A stretch of 58,131 bases of DNA, taken from IMG/VR virus record IMGVR_UViG_3300048011_000030, positions 1 to 58,131 of that record; one strand, 5' to 3'. This DNA comes from a virus. Its lineage: Duplodnaviria; Caudoviricetes. Position numbers and translations under genes: made by a program. Positions 29,148-37,946 of this stretch are shown piece by piece (the first letter of the stretch is position 1; every line of letters begins with the position of its first letter). Under the pieces are notes generated by a model that had not been told where the DNA came from, ran no database searches, and saw only the letters and a list, made by a program, of their open reading frames with translations.

Positions 29148-30770
29148 CTATGTAGTTATGTAATCAAAACCAACCTCTTTATTCTGAAGTCGGGTAGTCT
29201 GTGCATCATATGTTGCAGCACCAGCATCACCCGTCTTACCTGTGAACCTAGACTTAAGAACCCTGAAGTTAACAGTGTTACGTTCGTATTCATCAGATGC
29301 TGTGAGGTTCCTAGAGAATGCAATGATGTCAAAGGATATCTGTTTGATAGAACCAGAGCCCTTGATGTCATCGATGGATGCAATGTTACCATCCTCGAAC
29401 GCCTTACCACCTTGTGCTTTACGAAGGTGAGAGATCAAACCTAGCCAGATGTTGTGTCGCTTGACGATTTTGAGGAGGTCGGACATGAACTTGTCGATGG
29501 CTTCGTTACCTGATAGACCGTCACTTCCTTCTGACACTGCGATTGTGATGTGGTCGAGGACCAGATATTTACAACCCATGAGGGCCATGTATTCGATCTT
29601 ATCAATGAGGCTGTCATCTCCAACTGATCCTTGGTGGTCGAGGAGGACGAGTCTCTCATCTCCAAACACTTGTTCAAAGCCCTGTCTAAGTTCATCTTCA
29701 GCCGGAGGTGTGTTTTCATTAAGCGACTTCTTGAGTACCATGCCAATGAACTTCTCTGCCGTATCTCCAACGCTCTCTTCCAGACTGATAAGCCCCACCC
29801 GATCTTCCGTTTTGTGGAGAAGATCCAGGATAATTTCTTTGATAATAGTAGACTTACCACTGCCAGTTCCAGAAGTGAATAGAGTAATCTCACCATGTCT
29901 AATTCCTTTTAGCTTATTATTTAAACCACTCAAACAATCAGGGTAGGGTACACACTCTACGTTCTGTCGTTGAATAAATTGATCCCAGATAGGTTTACCT
30001 GTAACGATACCTGAGGGGTTCCAACTCTGTGCATTCCACACACACTCTAGTAAAGTCTTCCAACCATGCTTAAGTAATGTAGCATTAGCGTCATTCTCTG
30101 GTAGCTTTGCGACTTTAGCTTTACCTGGTTTAATCATCTTACCCAGGAAGTCAGACATTTTCTTACCAGCTTCATCCTGATCCATCATAATCACGACAGT
30201 CTTGAAGGAGTTTATCCAATCCCTTTGAGCAAGAGCACAAGAGGTAGAAGATGAAGAAGGTACAGCAACCACAGAATAGGTTCTACCGTACTTTTCTTTG
30301 TACGCTTGGGCGACACTGAGTGCGTCGACTTCTCCTTCACATATGACCAACGTAAATCCTGATGTTGATTGTTGTTGTCCGAATAGTTCGACATTCTTAA
30401 AGTCTCCATGAGTACGAAACTCTTTAGGGAGCTTACGCTCTTTGTATGCAGACAGTTCTCCATTGATAGTGTAAGGGTAGAAGTGTGATTGAGGTTTGCC
30501 ATTAACATCTACAGACATCTTGACATTGTAATGATCAACCACATCCTGAGAGATCCCACGACTAGACATTGGATAGCTTCTGTATGTACTAATCTCATCG
30601 ATTATGGATGAGTTCATAAGGAAGTCTGTGTCTTCTATAAGTTCCATTGGTTCTCTTTCATTCATAAATATAGTTGTACCACATGAGAAGCAGTGGCTTC
30701 TTGGGTTGTCATCATTATATACATGGTTAGCATCAGAGCTTCCACATTTTTCACAATTAGTTTTCACCAA
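29148..30770 (-). CDS. Primase-helicase (T7 gp4-like)
   Basis: N-terminal CEKC..CFSC Zn finger, TOPRIM CEGEVD/DQD, Walker A SGTGSGKST, LDHI, KSRFTG. Confidence 0.95.
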   Translation of the reverse strand: MVKTNCEKCGSSDANHVYNDDNPRSHCFSCGTTIFMNEREPMELIEDTDFLMNSSIIDEISTYRSYPMSSRGISQDVVDHYNVKMSVDVNGKPQSHFYPYTINGELSAYKERKLPKEFRTHGDFKNVELFGQQQSTSGFTLVICEGEVDALSVAQAYKEKYGRTYSVVAVPSSSSTSCALAQRDWINSFKTVVIMMDQDEAGKKMSDFLGKMIKPGKAKVAKLPENDANATLLKHGWKTLLECVWNAQSWNPSGIVTGKPIWDQFIQRQNVECVPYPDCLSGLNNKLKGIRHGEITLFTSGTGSGKSTIIKEIILDLLHKTEDRVGLISLEESVGDTAEKFIGMVLKKSLNENTPPAEDELRQGFEQVFGDERLVLLDHQGSVGDDSLIDKIEYMALMGCKYLVLDHITIAVSEGSDGLSGNEAIDKFMSDLLKIVKRHNIWLGLISHLRKAQGGKAFEDGNIASIDDIKGSGSIKQISFDIIAFSRNLTASDEYERNTVNFRVLKSRFTGKTGDAGAATYDAQTTRLQNKEVGFDYITT

Positions 30771-30797
30771 TAATCCCTTTCGGTTTTTATGTCACGA

Positions 30798-31196
30798 TTA
30801 AGATTCTTTTTCATCCGAGTCTTTGAATGCTTCGAGGCCCACTTCAAGTTCTTCTGCTTTTGTAACTCGAACCCAGAGGTACTCTCTTCCTCGTTTAACT
30901 CTGTCTCTTTGAAGGATAATTCCTTGTACGGTTTTATCATTGAACTCCTCGAATATATTTTGATAGGTATCAAGTAAAGGTTTAATTATATTATCTAAGT
31001 CAGAGGCTTTGTTAGAGAGACCAGCATACACAATGAAGTGGACAGGGCTATCTTTAAAAGCCCATGTCTCACCCATTAGTATCATTGCCATCTCCTCTTG
31101 GAACCTCTTGTAGTCAGCTGTTTTGTAGGTTGTCCTGCCCTTCCTGACAAACATCCTGTTTGCCGATAGTGGTTTCATTTGGAATAGGTTTTCCAT
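30798..31196 (-). CDS. rusA: RusA-like Holliday junction resolvase
   Basis: PLSAN, DLDNIIKPLLD, FNDKTV motifs; start moved to the ATG after RBS ggagagg. Confidence 0.75.
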   Translation of the reverse strand: MENLFQMKPLSANRMFVRKGRTTYKTADYKRFQEEMAMILMGETWAFKDSPVHFIVYAGLSNKASDLDNIIKPLLDTYQNIFEEFNDKTVQGIILQRDRVKRGREYLWVRVTKAEELEVGLEAFKDSDEKES

Positions 31197-31467
31197 TACG
31201 CCTCTCCGCTGTTCGGATAGCATGACAGTTATGACACACCACTTCTGTTTTAAATACTTCATTAAGTATATCACCGATATCTTTATCACAAGAGATCATT
31301 CGAGATACGTTGTGAAGCTTCTCATACTTAGGTAGATGGTCAAAGCCTAGGGCATCTGGGTGTTTATTATAACCACAATCAGTACACCCTATGTCAGTCT
31401 TCAGTATGCCTATGAACTGACGCTTGCTCTTTCGACTTATACTCTTCAATTTGTTTCTTAATGTCAT
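31114..31467 (-). CDS. HNH-type endonuclease
   Basis: CTDC...FDH...VCHNCH. Confidence 0.75.
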   Translation of the reverse strand: MTLRNKLKSISRKSKRQFIGILKTDIGCTDCGYNKHPDALGFDHLPKYEKLHNVSRMISCDKDIGDILNEVFKTEVVCHNCHAIRTAERRNGKPIPNETTIGKQDVCQEGQDNLQNS

Positions 31468-32143
31468 CTAGTTCTTCCCAAGATGTTAGCATTGTTAATA
31501 GACGCTTGGAAGTGTCCGGATTACCGGCCCCATTTGTTCTCCAAGCAGCTCGCACCCTATTCCACCTGCGGTGCATAGGAACTCCGTGTAGTATCTTCTC
31601 TGCTTTCTTAGGTCCAATTCCCTTAATTCCAGGGATATTATCAGACCTATCACCAGTAAGACATTGGAGCATAAGCTTAAGATTAGCAGTGTCTTCATCA
31701 ACTTCTGTAATTTCTTTCTTAACGAAGTTGTAATGTGTTCCAGGAATCTGGAGAAGATCTTTGTCAATCCCAACTACTGTATACTCCTGATCAACAGACC
31801 TACACTCAGCAGCCCATATGGCAACAAGGTCATCTGCTTCCATATCATTTGCCTCAACAGCAGAATACTTCTCAACCATGTACTTGTGCCCATAGTTCAG
31901 TGCTTTTTTAACGTCAGGTTCTATCTCCTTTCGGGTTTCTTTGTAGGCAGGGTAGATCTCCTTTCGGAAATTACCCTTACCTTTAATTGCTACGAGGAAA
32001 CTATCAGACCCACAGTTACGTTGGATCTCTCTCATAGTATTGTCAATTCCCACACGTATCTCTTTCTGTTTGGTTGTTACACAAGCCATCCGAAAGTAGA
32101 TTGAGTCTGAGTCTACCAGTATTACTGCATTATCAGTGAACAT
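31394..32143 (-). CDS. 5'-3' exonuclease (T7 gp6/FEN-like)
   Basis: DSD, NFRKEIYPAYK, EADD, DKD, GDRSDNIPGIKGIGPKKA. Confidence 0.92.
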   Translation of the reverse strand: MFTDNAVILVDSDSIYFRMACVTTKQKEIRVGIDNTMREIQRNCGSDSFLVAIKGKGNFRKEIYPAYKETRKEIEPDVKKALNYGHKYMVEKYSAVEANDMEADDLVAIWAAECRSVDQEYTVVGIDKDLLQIPGTHYNFVKKEITEVDEDTANLKLMLQCLTGDRSDNIPGIKGIGPKKAEKILHGVPMHRRWNRVRAAWRTNGAGNPDTSKRLLTMLTSWEELDDIKKQIEEYKSKEQASVHRHTED

Positions 32144-33971
32144 CTGCGTAGCTTTCTCCTATTACATAATCACCACCATTCATACATGTTACACCGAACA
32201 TCTCTGGACCAGCAGCAAAGGACTCTGTTAGAATTTCCCCAACACGTTTAGCATCGTCGGGGTGTGATTGGAATGCCATCTCATCATGGTAGAACAAACG
32301 AGGTTCAGCACGTAGTTTCTCTTCACGTATCTTATCCCATGCCCACATAAGTGAAGCCTTACAGGTCACACCTTCAGCAGCTTGGAGTAAGTAGTTAAGA
32401 GTTTGATGACCAGACCCACAGAATACAGGGCGTCCATCAAGAGCAGGGAACCATCCATCACCTTGTTGGTTAGATGTTTTGTTCCAGATGTTTAGAAGTT
32501 TCTTCTTGAGTTCTTCCAAACCTTTGATACCTTTAGCAAAATCAGCACGAGACTTACGCCCTACTTCGCTGTTTGATTTGCCTGATAGAACTTGTCCCAG
32601 CTTAGCATCACCAGCACCAAAGAGATAAGCATATAGATACCCTTTGGCGACACCCCTTGAGCATCCAAGAGCATCAGCATTTCTTTGGTGTTGATCCCCA
32701 TAACGGACCTCATTAGTGAAATCGTCATTCCCCACATAATGACAAAGACCACGTAGCTGGTTACCAGCACTATCGGCACCAACAATAACGTACCCTGGAT
32801 CAGGTTTAAGCATCCCACGTATCTCTTTACCCCAAGGTGTTTCAATACCTGGGAGGTTTGCGATAACTTCGTGACGTACTCTGAAGGTAGGAGTACCAAT
32901 AGTCCACATGTTACCATGAAGTCGTTTATCATCTGAGCTCTCTACCTTTTCTACCCAGCCCTCCATAAGAGAAGCTTTGTGACGCAATACATAGTACTCG
33001 TCTACCATCATACCAATTTCCCCAAGCTTAGCTAATGAGGATGTTGTGAGTTTAGGTCCAGTGGTTACCCATTCTCTTCCGATTTTCTTTCGGTTGTATT
33101 CATCTGGTTTCCATCCGATAGTGGCAAGCCAATCCTTAACCGCTTCTTGTGATCCCAGTTTAGCTTGTTCCTTAGTTGTTCGTTGGAATTTGAAATCTGG
33201 TCCCGCGAGATGGGTGTCTGTGACCGAGACTTCCGTTCCAAAATATTCAGTAAGCAGCTTGGCAGTCGTCGCATTATATTTTCCATTCTTATTGTACTTA
33301 GGTGACTTAGGTTCTTTGTCAATGTAGACAACCTTAGTACCCATCTGAGGCTCAATGATGTCAGAGATCTCAGCCATACGTTGTTGCATTGTACCTAATA
33401 GGGTTTTAGCTTCTTCCATATCAAAGTACCAGCCCCTGCTCTTGCAGAATGCATTGAACTTAGCTGTCTCATGTTCTGCTTGCATACCCAATTTAATCTT
33501 AGGATTATACGCAGCAACCTTCTTGTACTCTGAGAGTAATTCATTGTACACATCGACATTCACACGAACATCTTGCACACAATAACGTAGCATTTCACGT
33601 GAGTAAGCATCCCAACCACCTTCATATGTGATCTTGCTGTTGCCAAGGTGTTCACCCCAACCTGCAAGACCATGCTTATGTGGACGCTTGTAACGTAGAA
33701 CCTGAGACATAACCCACGTATCGTGCAAGCGTTTCTCATTAAGTGTAGTGCCACACAGCTTGTCCATGACCATATTATCAAAACCTATAATGTTATGGCC
33801 TACTAGTAGCTCTGCGTTCTGTAGTAGTGCAGCACCATCAGCGATAGAACCATGTAGGTTATCGTGATCAGAGAACTTATAGATCTGATTGGTGTCTAAG
33901 TTCTGTGCAACAATCATCCATATAGTATCCGGAGTAAGACCATTACATTCTATATCATAACATAAACGCAT
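32133..33971 (-). CDS. DNA polymerase family A (T7 gp5-like) with 3'-5' exonuclease
   Basis: YDIE, GHNIIGFD, YCVQD; motif A DSAGNQLR; motif B RGVAKGYLYAYLFG; YHDE. Confidence 0.95.
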   Translation of the reverse strand: MRLCYDIECNGLTPDTIWMIVAQNLDTNQIYKFSDHDNLHGSIADGAALLQNAELLVGHNIIGFDNMVMDKLCGTTLNEKRLHDTWVMSQVLRYKRPHKHGLAGWGEHLGNSKITYEGGWDAYSREMLRYCVQDVRVNVDVYNELLSEYKKVAAYNPKIKLGMQAEHETAKFNAFCKSRGWYFDMEEAKTLLGTMQQRMAEISDIIEPQMGTKVVYIDKEPKSPKYNKNGKYNATTAKLLTEYFGTEVSVTDTHLAGPDFKFQRTTKEQAKLGSQEAVKDWLATIGWKPDEYNRKKIGREWVTTGPKLTTSSLAKLGEIGMMVDEYYVLRHKASLMEGWVEKVESSDDKRLHGNMWTIGTPTFRVRHEVIANLPGIETPWGKEIRGMLKPDPGYVIVGADSAGNQLRGLCHYVGNDDFTNEVRYGDQHQRNADALGCSRGVAKGYLYAYLFGAGDAKLGQVLSGKSNSEVGRKSRADFAKGIKGLEELKKKLLNIWNKTSNQQGDGWFPALDGRPVFCGSGHQTLNYLLQAAEGVTCKASLMWAWDKIREEKLRAEPRLFYHDEMAFQSHPDDAKRVGEILTESFAAGPEMFGVTCMNGGDYVIGESYADVH

Positions 33972-33985
33972 GTTGCGTCCTTTCT

Positions 33986-34207
33986 TTACTTGTTTAAGTA
34001 CATCTTAAGATCATTATACCCACCAATAAATACATTCTTGTGGTAGATAATTGGTACAGTATTCATCATAGATCTCTCCATGATTGATTTACCTAATTCT
34101 TTTTGAATATCAATAGCATATTCAGTAAAACCTTCTCCGGTTTCTCGTAGTAATTCCTTAGCCTTGTCACAGAATGGACAATTGGATATACTATACACCT
34201 CATACAT
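33986..34207 (-). CDS. Glutaredoxin
   Basis: CPFC, TVP, IGGY. Confidence 0.92.
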   Translation of the reverse strand: MYEVYSISNCPFCDKAKELLRETGEGFTEYAIDIQKELGKSIMERSMMNTVPIIYHKNVFIGGYNDLKMYLNK

Positions 34208-34412
34208 TTTGTTTATCCTCCAAGGATTTCATAATATTCTTACGTTTATCTTCAGAGTAGTCACGCCAATCTTGGATGTCTTTAAGAGACCTTCCACAAC
34301 TTAGACAATGATCTTCTCCTACTTTACACTCCTTAACACAAGGTGAGCTTGCGGTTGTTATTAGAGTAGTATCACTAAAGTCTGCCTCTAAAGGCCACTC
34401 ATTGTCTGTCAC
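34200..34412 (-). CDS. DUF1289-like Cys-rich protein
   Basis: [21 protein letters not shown]; GTG start after RBS gaggagg. Confidence 0.75.
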   Translation of the reverse strand: MTDNEWPLEADFSDTTLITTASSPCVKECKVGEDHCLSCGRSLKDIQDWRDYSEDKRKNIMKSLEDKQNV

Positions 34413-34611
34413 GAAGCACCTCCTCATACTTGTTGAACAACTGCTCAAACTTCCACTGGTACACTTGCTGCATACCAAGAAGGGCGTTCATCAGTTCATC
34501 TTGTGTAGGGTCACGCTCACCATCACCTATCTGCTTGAAGACAACCTCAAGGTCATTGCATACCTGCCAGCAATCCATTATCATTGGTTCTAAGTCATAT
34601 AGTTTAGGCAT
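34399..34611 (-). CDS. Hypothetical protein
   Basis: Coupled ORF within the operon. Confidence 0.7.
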   Translation of the reverse strand: MPKLYDLEPMIMDCWQVCNDLEVVFKQIGDGERDPTQDELMNALLGMQQVYQWKFEQLFNKYEEVLRDRQ

Positions 34612-34759
34612 CCTCACCCTCCCAGTGTAGGCCAGTTTTAATTAACGACACAAAGCCCACGTTAAAGATGGCTGCGAATGTCTTTGGGTCACACTCTACC
34701 TGCAACGTAGCACTGCCATCCTCATGCTCAGTTATTTCAGTTATCTTTACTTTACTCAT
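34604..34759 (-). CDS. Hypothetical protein (51 aa, [15 protein letters not shown]...), not in ORF track
   Basis: Fills the gap exactly, overlapping both neighbours. Confidence 0.65.
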   Translation of the reverse strand: MSKVKITEITEHEDGSATLQVECDPKTFAAIFNVGFVSLIKTGLHWEGEDA

Positions 34760-35417
34760 CGTCATTCTCCGTCAGTGCATCCCAGCTGACAGGGAATAAC
34801 TCAATCATCTTGTGGTCTATCTGCTTTGCTACCTCTCGTGTCTCTACCTGTGTGTCAGGCTTGCAGCGCAGGTTACACATATCAGCGAAGGCATCCAAGC
34901 TGCCTGACCAGTACCACTCAGTCATAGTAGACTGTGGCAGTACCATCCGTGCTTGCTCAGGGGCTACACCTGCATCTAGTAAGGCATTGTACGCACAGAG
35001 TGCCTCATGTGGGCTGTCCGATACTATAGTATCATCCAGTGTTCCAAGTTTAACCTCACCCTCAGAACCCTGCTTCTTGTCAGCACTTCGCCCACGCCAC
35101 ACTTCAGGTACATAGAACTCAGGCTCATCATCTACATACCGCCTAGAAATCTCGTTCCATCTTAAGAACTTATGCTTGACTAGCTGTCGTGCTACAAATA
35201 TCGGAGCCTTAACGTGGAAGGATGCGAAGCAATGCCCAAATGGACTGATGTGGTTATGCTTGGCTAGGTAACGAATGAGCTTATCATCCTTAGCCTTTAG
35301 CTTAGGTGGTCCCCACGGGTCGTCTTCCATCTCAGATGTCTTACCGAATGACACACGGGCTGCGTTAGCTACAGTCAAGTCATTACCCATGTGGTCAATG
35401 TACGTTGCTTTAATCAT
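34752..35417 (-). CDS. thyX: Flavin-dependent thymidylate synthase
   Basis: ANAARVSF, HISPF, RQLVKHK..NEISRRY, EQARMVLP. Confidence 0.95.
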   Translation of the reverse strand: MIKATYIDHMGNDLTVANAARVSFGKTSEMEDDPWGPPKLKAKDDKLIRYLAKHNHISPFGHCFASFHVKAPIFVARQLVKHKFLRWNEISRRYVDDEPEFYVPEVWRGRSADKKQGSEGEVKLGTLDDTIVSDSPHEALCAYNALLDAGVAPEQARMVLPQSTMTEWYWSGSLDAFADMCNLRCKPDTQVETREVAKQIDHKMIELFPVSWDALTENDDE

Positions 35418-35619
35418 TCTTTTTACTTTCCTGCTCAGTGATGTTACGTACAGTTCGGTGAAAGTCTATAACACTACGTGCTACTTCGTCAATCTGAGTA
35501 CGATGTATACCCACATCACGAAGCTCTAGGTCATTAAGTTGATGGAGTGCTTTAATAGTTTCATTCATATTACGTCTGCGTCTTAGTGTTTCTCGTATCT
35601 CTTTAATCTTATCAAACAT
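35410..35619 (-). CDS. DUF1127 (YjiS-like) small protein
   Basis: RRRNMNETIKALHQLNDLELRDVGIHRTQI. Confidence 0.8.
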   Translation of the reverse strand: MFDKIKEIRETLRRRRNMNETIKALHQLNDLELRDVGIHRTQIDEVARSVIDFHRTVRNITEQESKKND

Positions 35620-35797
35620 TTAAAGCTTCCTTTATTTTTTTATCAGTGTAGTCCATATACTTACTAGGTATACCATCTTCGTAACAACGTTTATACACCA
35701 TCTCTGTGAATGTTTTCTCAGTAGAGAAATCACCGAACATGTAGACATTCCGTATGATTTCTTCAATGTCCGTTGCTATTTTATTAAAGCCACCCAT
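35612..35797 (-). CDS. Hypothetical protein
   Basis: Coupled ORF. Confidence 0.65.
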   Translation of the reverse strand: MGGFNKIATDIEEIIRNVYMFGDFSTEKTFTEMVYKRCYEDGIPSKYMDYTDKKIKEALNV

Positions 35798-36042
35798 TAG
35801 ATGTAATCCCGCATATTCTTATCAAGCTGCTCTATACGCATCTCTGCGTACCGGATGACTTTACGTAGGTCTGTTATCTCTGACCCAATACCATCTTCAC
35901 CCTCATACATCTTATGACCAGCCCTCATGGAGTATTTAATAATGTTACCAACATGAAATGGTAAGTCATTCTCCATGATGAATGTAATAGGTTCTATTTT
36001 ATAACGTGTGTAGTGTGAAGGTTTGTTAACAATATCTGACAT
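35797..36042 (-). CDS. DUF3310 family (T7 gp1.7-like nucleotide kinase)
   Basis: DIVNKPSHY..FHVGNIIKY.MRAGHK..DLRK. Confidence 0.78.
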   Translation of the reverse strand: MSDIVNKPSHYTRYKIEPITFIMENDLPFHVGNIIKYSMRAGHKMYEGEDGIGSEITDLRKVIRYAEMRIEQLDKNMRDYI

Positions 36043-36051
36043 TTTATGCCC

Positions 36052-36073
36052 TTTCTTTAAGTTCCTTATAGAG
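36052..36073 (+). promoter_or_regulatory. Putative T7-like phage promoter (copy 2, before the terS candidate)
   Basis: tttctttaagttccttatagag. Confidence 0.75.
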
Positions 36074-36084
36074 AAGAGAGTTGT

Positions 36085-36118
36085 CTCTCTTTTAAAATCC
36101 GACCCCCGTGGTCGGATT
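36085..36118 (-). promoter_or_regulatory. Putative hairpin promoter H1 (before replication operon)
   Basis: + strand ctctc-ttttaa-aatccgacc-cccgt-ggtcggatt; one of four conserved hairpins. Confidence 0.6.
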
Positions 36119-36145
36119 CATAAAGTATTATAAGAGGTAATCACT

Positions 36146-36538
36146 ATGACTAGAGAGGTTCATCCAAACAGCCTTAAGAATTTAGCACCTTCATTCACCA
36201 AAGACAATGCTCGTGAGATGCAATTAAAATCTGCAGCTTCCCGTAAGGCAGCTAGAGATGCTAGAGAAGCTTTGAAGATGAGTATGAAAGATTGGCGTCA
36301 GTACAAGGAAGATGTGCTAGATCATATTGATATGAACTCTCTTGATGTCTTGAAGATCCTTATGTTCAAAGCTTTGGACAAAGAAGATTTTGATACAGCT
36401 AGTGATCTCGCAGCAAAAGTTGCAGAGTATGAGCAACCCAAACTACAGCGCAGGGAACTCCAAATTGAGGAGATAGGTGCTGAGAGTTTGTCTGATGAAG
36501 AACTCGACGATAAGATACGAGCACTGCGGATAGTGTGA
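36146..36538 (+). CDS. Putative terminase small subunit
   Basis: HPNSLKNL N-terminus, helical body, QPKL..ELQI..LSDEEL C-terminus; only + strand gene in the minus arm, with its own promoter and terminator. Confidence 0.55.
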   Translation: MTREVHPNSLKNLAPSFTKDNAREMQLKSAASRKAARDAREALKMSMKDWRQYKEDVLDHIDMNSLDVLKILMFKALDKEDFDTASDLAAKVAEYEQPKLQRRELQIEEIGAESLSDEELDDKIRALRIV

Positions 36539-36568
36539 GGTTCTAGTAGAACCTGAAAGAAAATGCCT

Positions 36569-36627
36569 GTGCGCTTTGTCGGTTATCTAAAAAAACAAGT
36601 AAGTGCGCTTTGTCGGTTATCTAAAAA
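36569..36627. repeat. 25-bp perfect direct repeat x2 (34-nt period)
   Basis: gtgcgctttgtcggttatctaaaaa at 36569-36593 and 36603-36627. Confidence 0.9.
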
Positions 36628-36631
36628 TTAT

Positions 36632-36676
36632 AAGAACCCAAAGATTCTCTGTGAGAGTCTCTGGGTTCTTTTTTTT
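36632..36676 (+). terminator. Intrinsic terminator after the terS candidate (possibly bidirectional)
   Basis: aagaaccca-a-agattctc-tgt-gagagtct-c-tgggttctt followed by a T-run. Confidence 0.8.
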
Positions 36677-36920
36677 ATTTCCATAGGAGTCCGTGGAATC
36701 CCTCTGTAGAGTCAAAGGATTTTATAAGATCCTTAAACATCCTGGGTGACATAGTTACTACATCGTATCCCTCAATGTCTTGATTGAATTGTCTCATAGA
36801 TACATAGCCTTCGTATTCTCCAGCGTTTTCTATGATTACCCCAAGGTCAAGATCATCTCCTGAATCATCCATAATAACTATCTCAGTCGTCCAGGGTTTT
36901 TCTTCGATTGTGAATGGCAT
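36675..36920 (-). CDS. Hypothetical protein
   Basis: Coupled ORF (TAATG). Confidence 0.7.
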   Translation of the reverse strand: MPFTIEEKPWTTEIVIMDDSGDDLDLGVIIENAGEYEGYVSMRQFNQDIEGYDVVTMSPRMFKDLIKSFDSTEGFHGLLWK

Positions 36921-37174
36921 TACATTTTACTTACGCCAAGGACACCACCGTTCTCCCACTCTGCATAGAGACCATGATCATTAAGAATATCATTGATTTT
37001 ATGGTTAACACCGAAGTCATCTAGTGATGCATTGTTTTCGGCATAGTAGTCAGCCCATACAGTTTCATAGTTTTCCTCTGCTGAGATTACAAAGTCATCT
37101 TCACCATAGTCTTTTACAGGTACCCCGATCTTACGAAGCTTGTTGAATGCTGTGCGATATTCTCTTTTCATCAC
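36920..37174 (-). CDS. Hypothetical protein
   Basis: RBS gaggag; GLYAEWEN motif. Confidence 0.7.
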   Translation of the reverse strand: MMKREYRTAFNKLRKIGVPVKDYGEDDFVISAEENYETVWADYYAENNASLDDFGVNHKINDILNDHGLYAEWENGGVLGVSKM

Positions 37175-37350
37175 GCCATCTCCTCTGTCTCTTCTACACC
37201 CATTTGCTGAATAAACTCATCAATAATTTCACTGTCAGCTACATGATAACACTGTGTCAAGTCATGTGTGACGTAATCAATCAGACCTTCGATGTCTAAT
37301 GATTCTACATACTTATCAATAGCTGCTTCTAATTTGTCTGCTTTATACAT
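37171..37350 (-). CDS. Hypothetical acidic protein (59 aa, MYKADKLEAA...), not in ORF track
   Basis: RBS gaggag; fills the gap. Confidence 0.65.
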   Translation of the reverse strand: MYKADKLEAAIDKYVESLDIEGLIDYVTHDLTQCYHVADSEIIDEFIQQMGVEETEEMA

Positions 37351-37362
37351 TACGCCGTCTCC

Positions 37363-37677
37363 TCAACGATCATCACCAGAGCCACTGAGAGTACCTTTAG
37401 AAGCACGATTGTGTAGTTTAAGTAGGTTATCTGCTGCCAGGGTGTCAAGGTCTTCTCCGAGGTAGTGTGCGAGTACTGCTACATACCATAGGACATCTCC
37501 TAGCTCTGCTGCAATACCATCATAAGATGCACCATCACGAATACATTTCTTGATTTTGTTTGCAACTTCCCCAGCTTCTCCACATAGACCCAATGCTAAG
37601 TAGGGAATTGCTTCTGACTCTGGGAAGATTGCAGTTTCTCTAGCTTTAGTTTGATATTGATTCATATAGATTGTCAT
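37363..37677 (-). CDS. mazG: MazG-like nucleotide pyrophosphohydrolase
   Basis: LGLCGEAGEVANKIKK..ELGDVLWY..GSGDDR; start moved to MTIYMNQYQ. Confidence 0.9.
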   Translation of the reverse strand: MTIYMNQYQTKARETAIFPESEAIPYLALGLCGEAGEVANKIKKCIRDGASYDGIAAELGDVLWYVAVLAHYLGEDLDTLAADNLLKLHNRASKGTLSGSGDDR

Positions 37678-37712
37678 GTTAGGAAGTTCCTTTTTAGTGA
37701 GCCAGTATGATA

Positions 37713-37946
37713 TCACTCTGTGCGGAAAGCTTCGTAGAGTTTCCACTGTGCTTCTGCTAGTTTGTTAACATCTGAGACATACAGATCATTACATTCTTGT
37801 AACATCTCTACCGCGTTTTTCATAGTTTGTTGTGCTGATTTGATTGCATCTTGTTGAATTTCAGTTAGTAACTCAAAGTTCTTTTTGTTTTCTTCAAGAC
37901 GTTTATTGAACTTTATTTTCCATTCTGGGATTTCATCAGTTTTCAT
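37713..37946 (-). CDS. Hypothetical protein
   Basis: Coupled ORF. Confidence 0.7.
   Translation of the reverse strand: MKTDEIPEWKIKFNKRLEENKKNFELLTEIQQDAIKSAQQTMKNAVEMLQECNDLYVSDVNKLAEAQWKLYEAFRTE

Noticed and set aside
30764-30973. 69-aa minus-strand ORF
   Set aside because: Lies mostly within rusA in another frame, with no supporting motif
34752-35417. dU-substituted or hypermodified genome
   Set aside because: ThyX is intact and no base-modification gene cluster was recognised
36569-36627. Mini CRISPR array
   Set aside because: Only two repeats with a 9-nt gap and no cas genes
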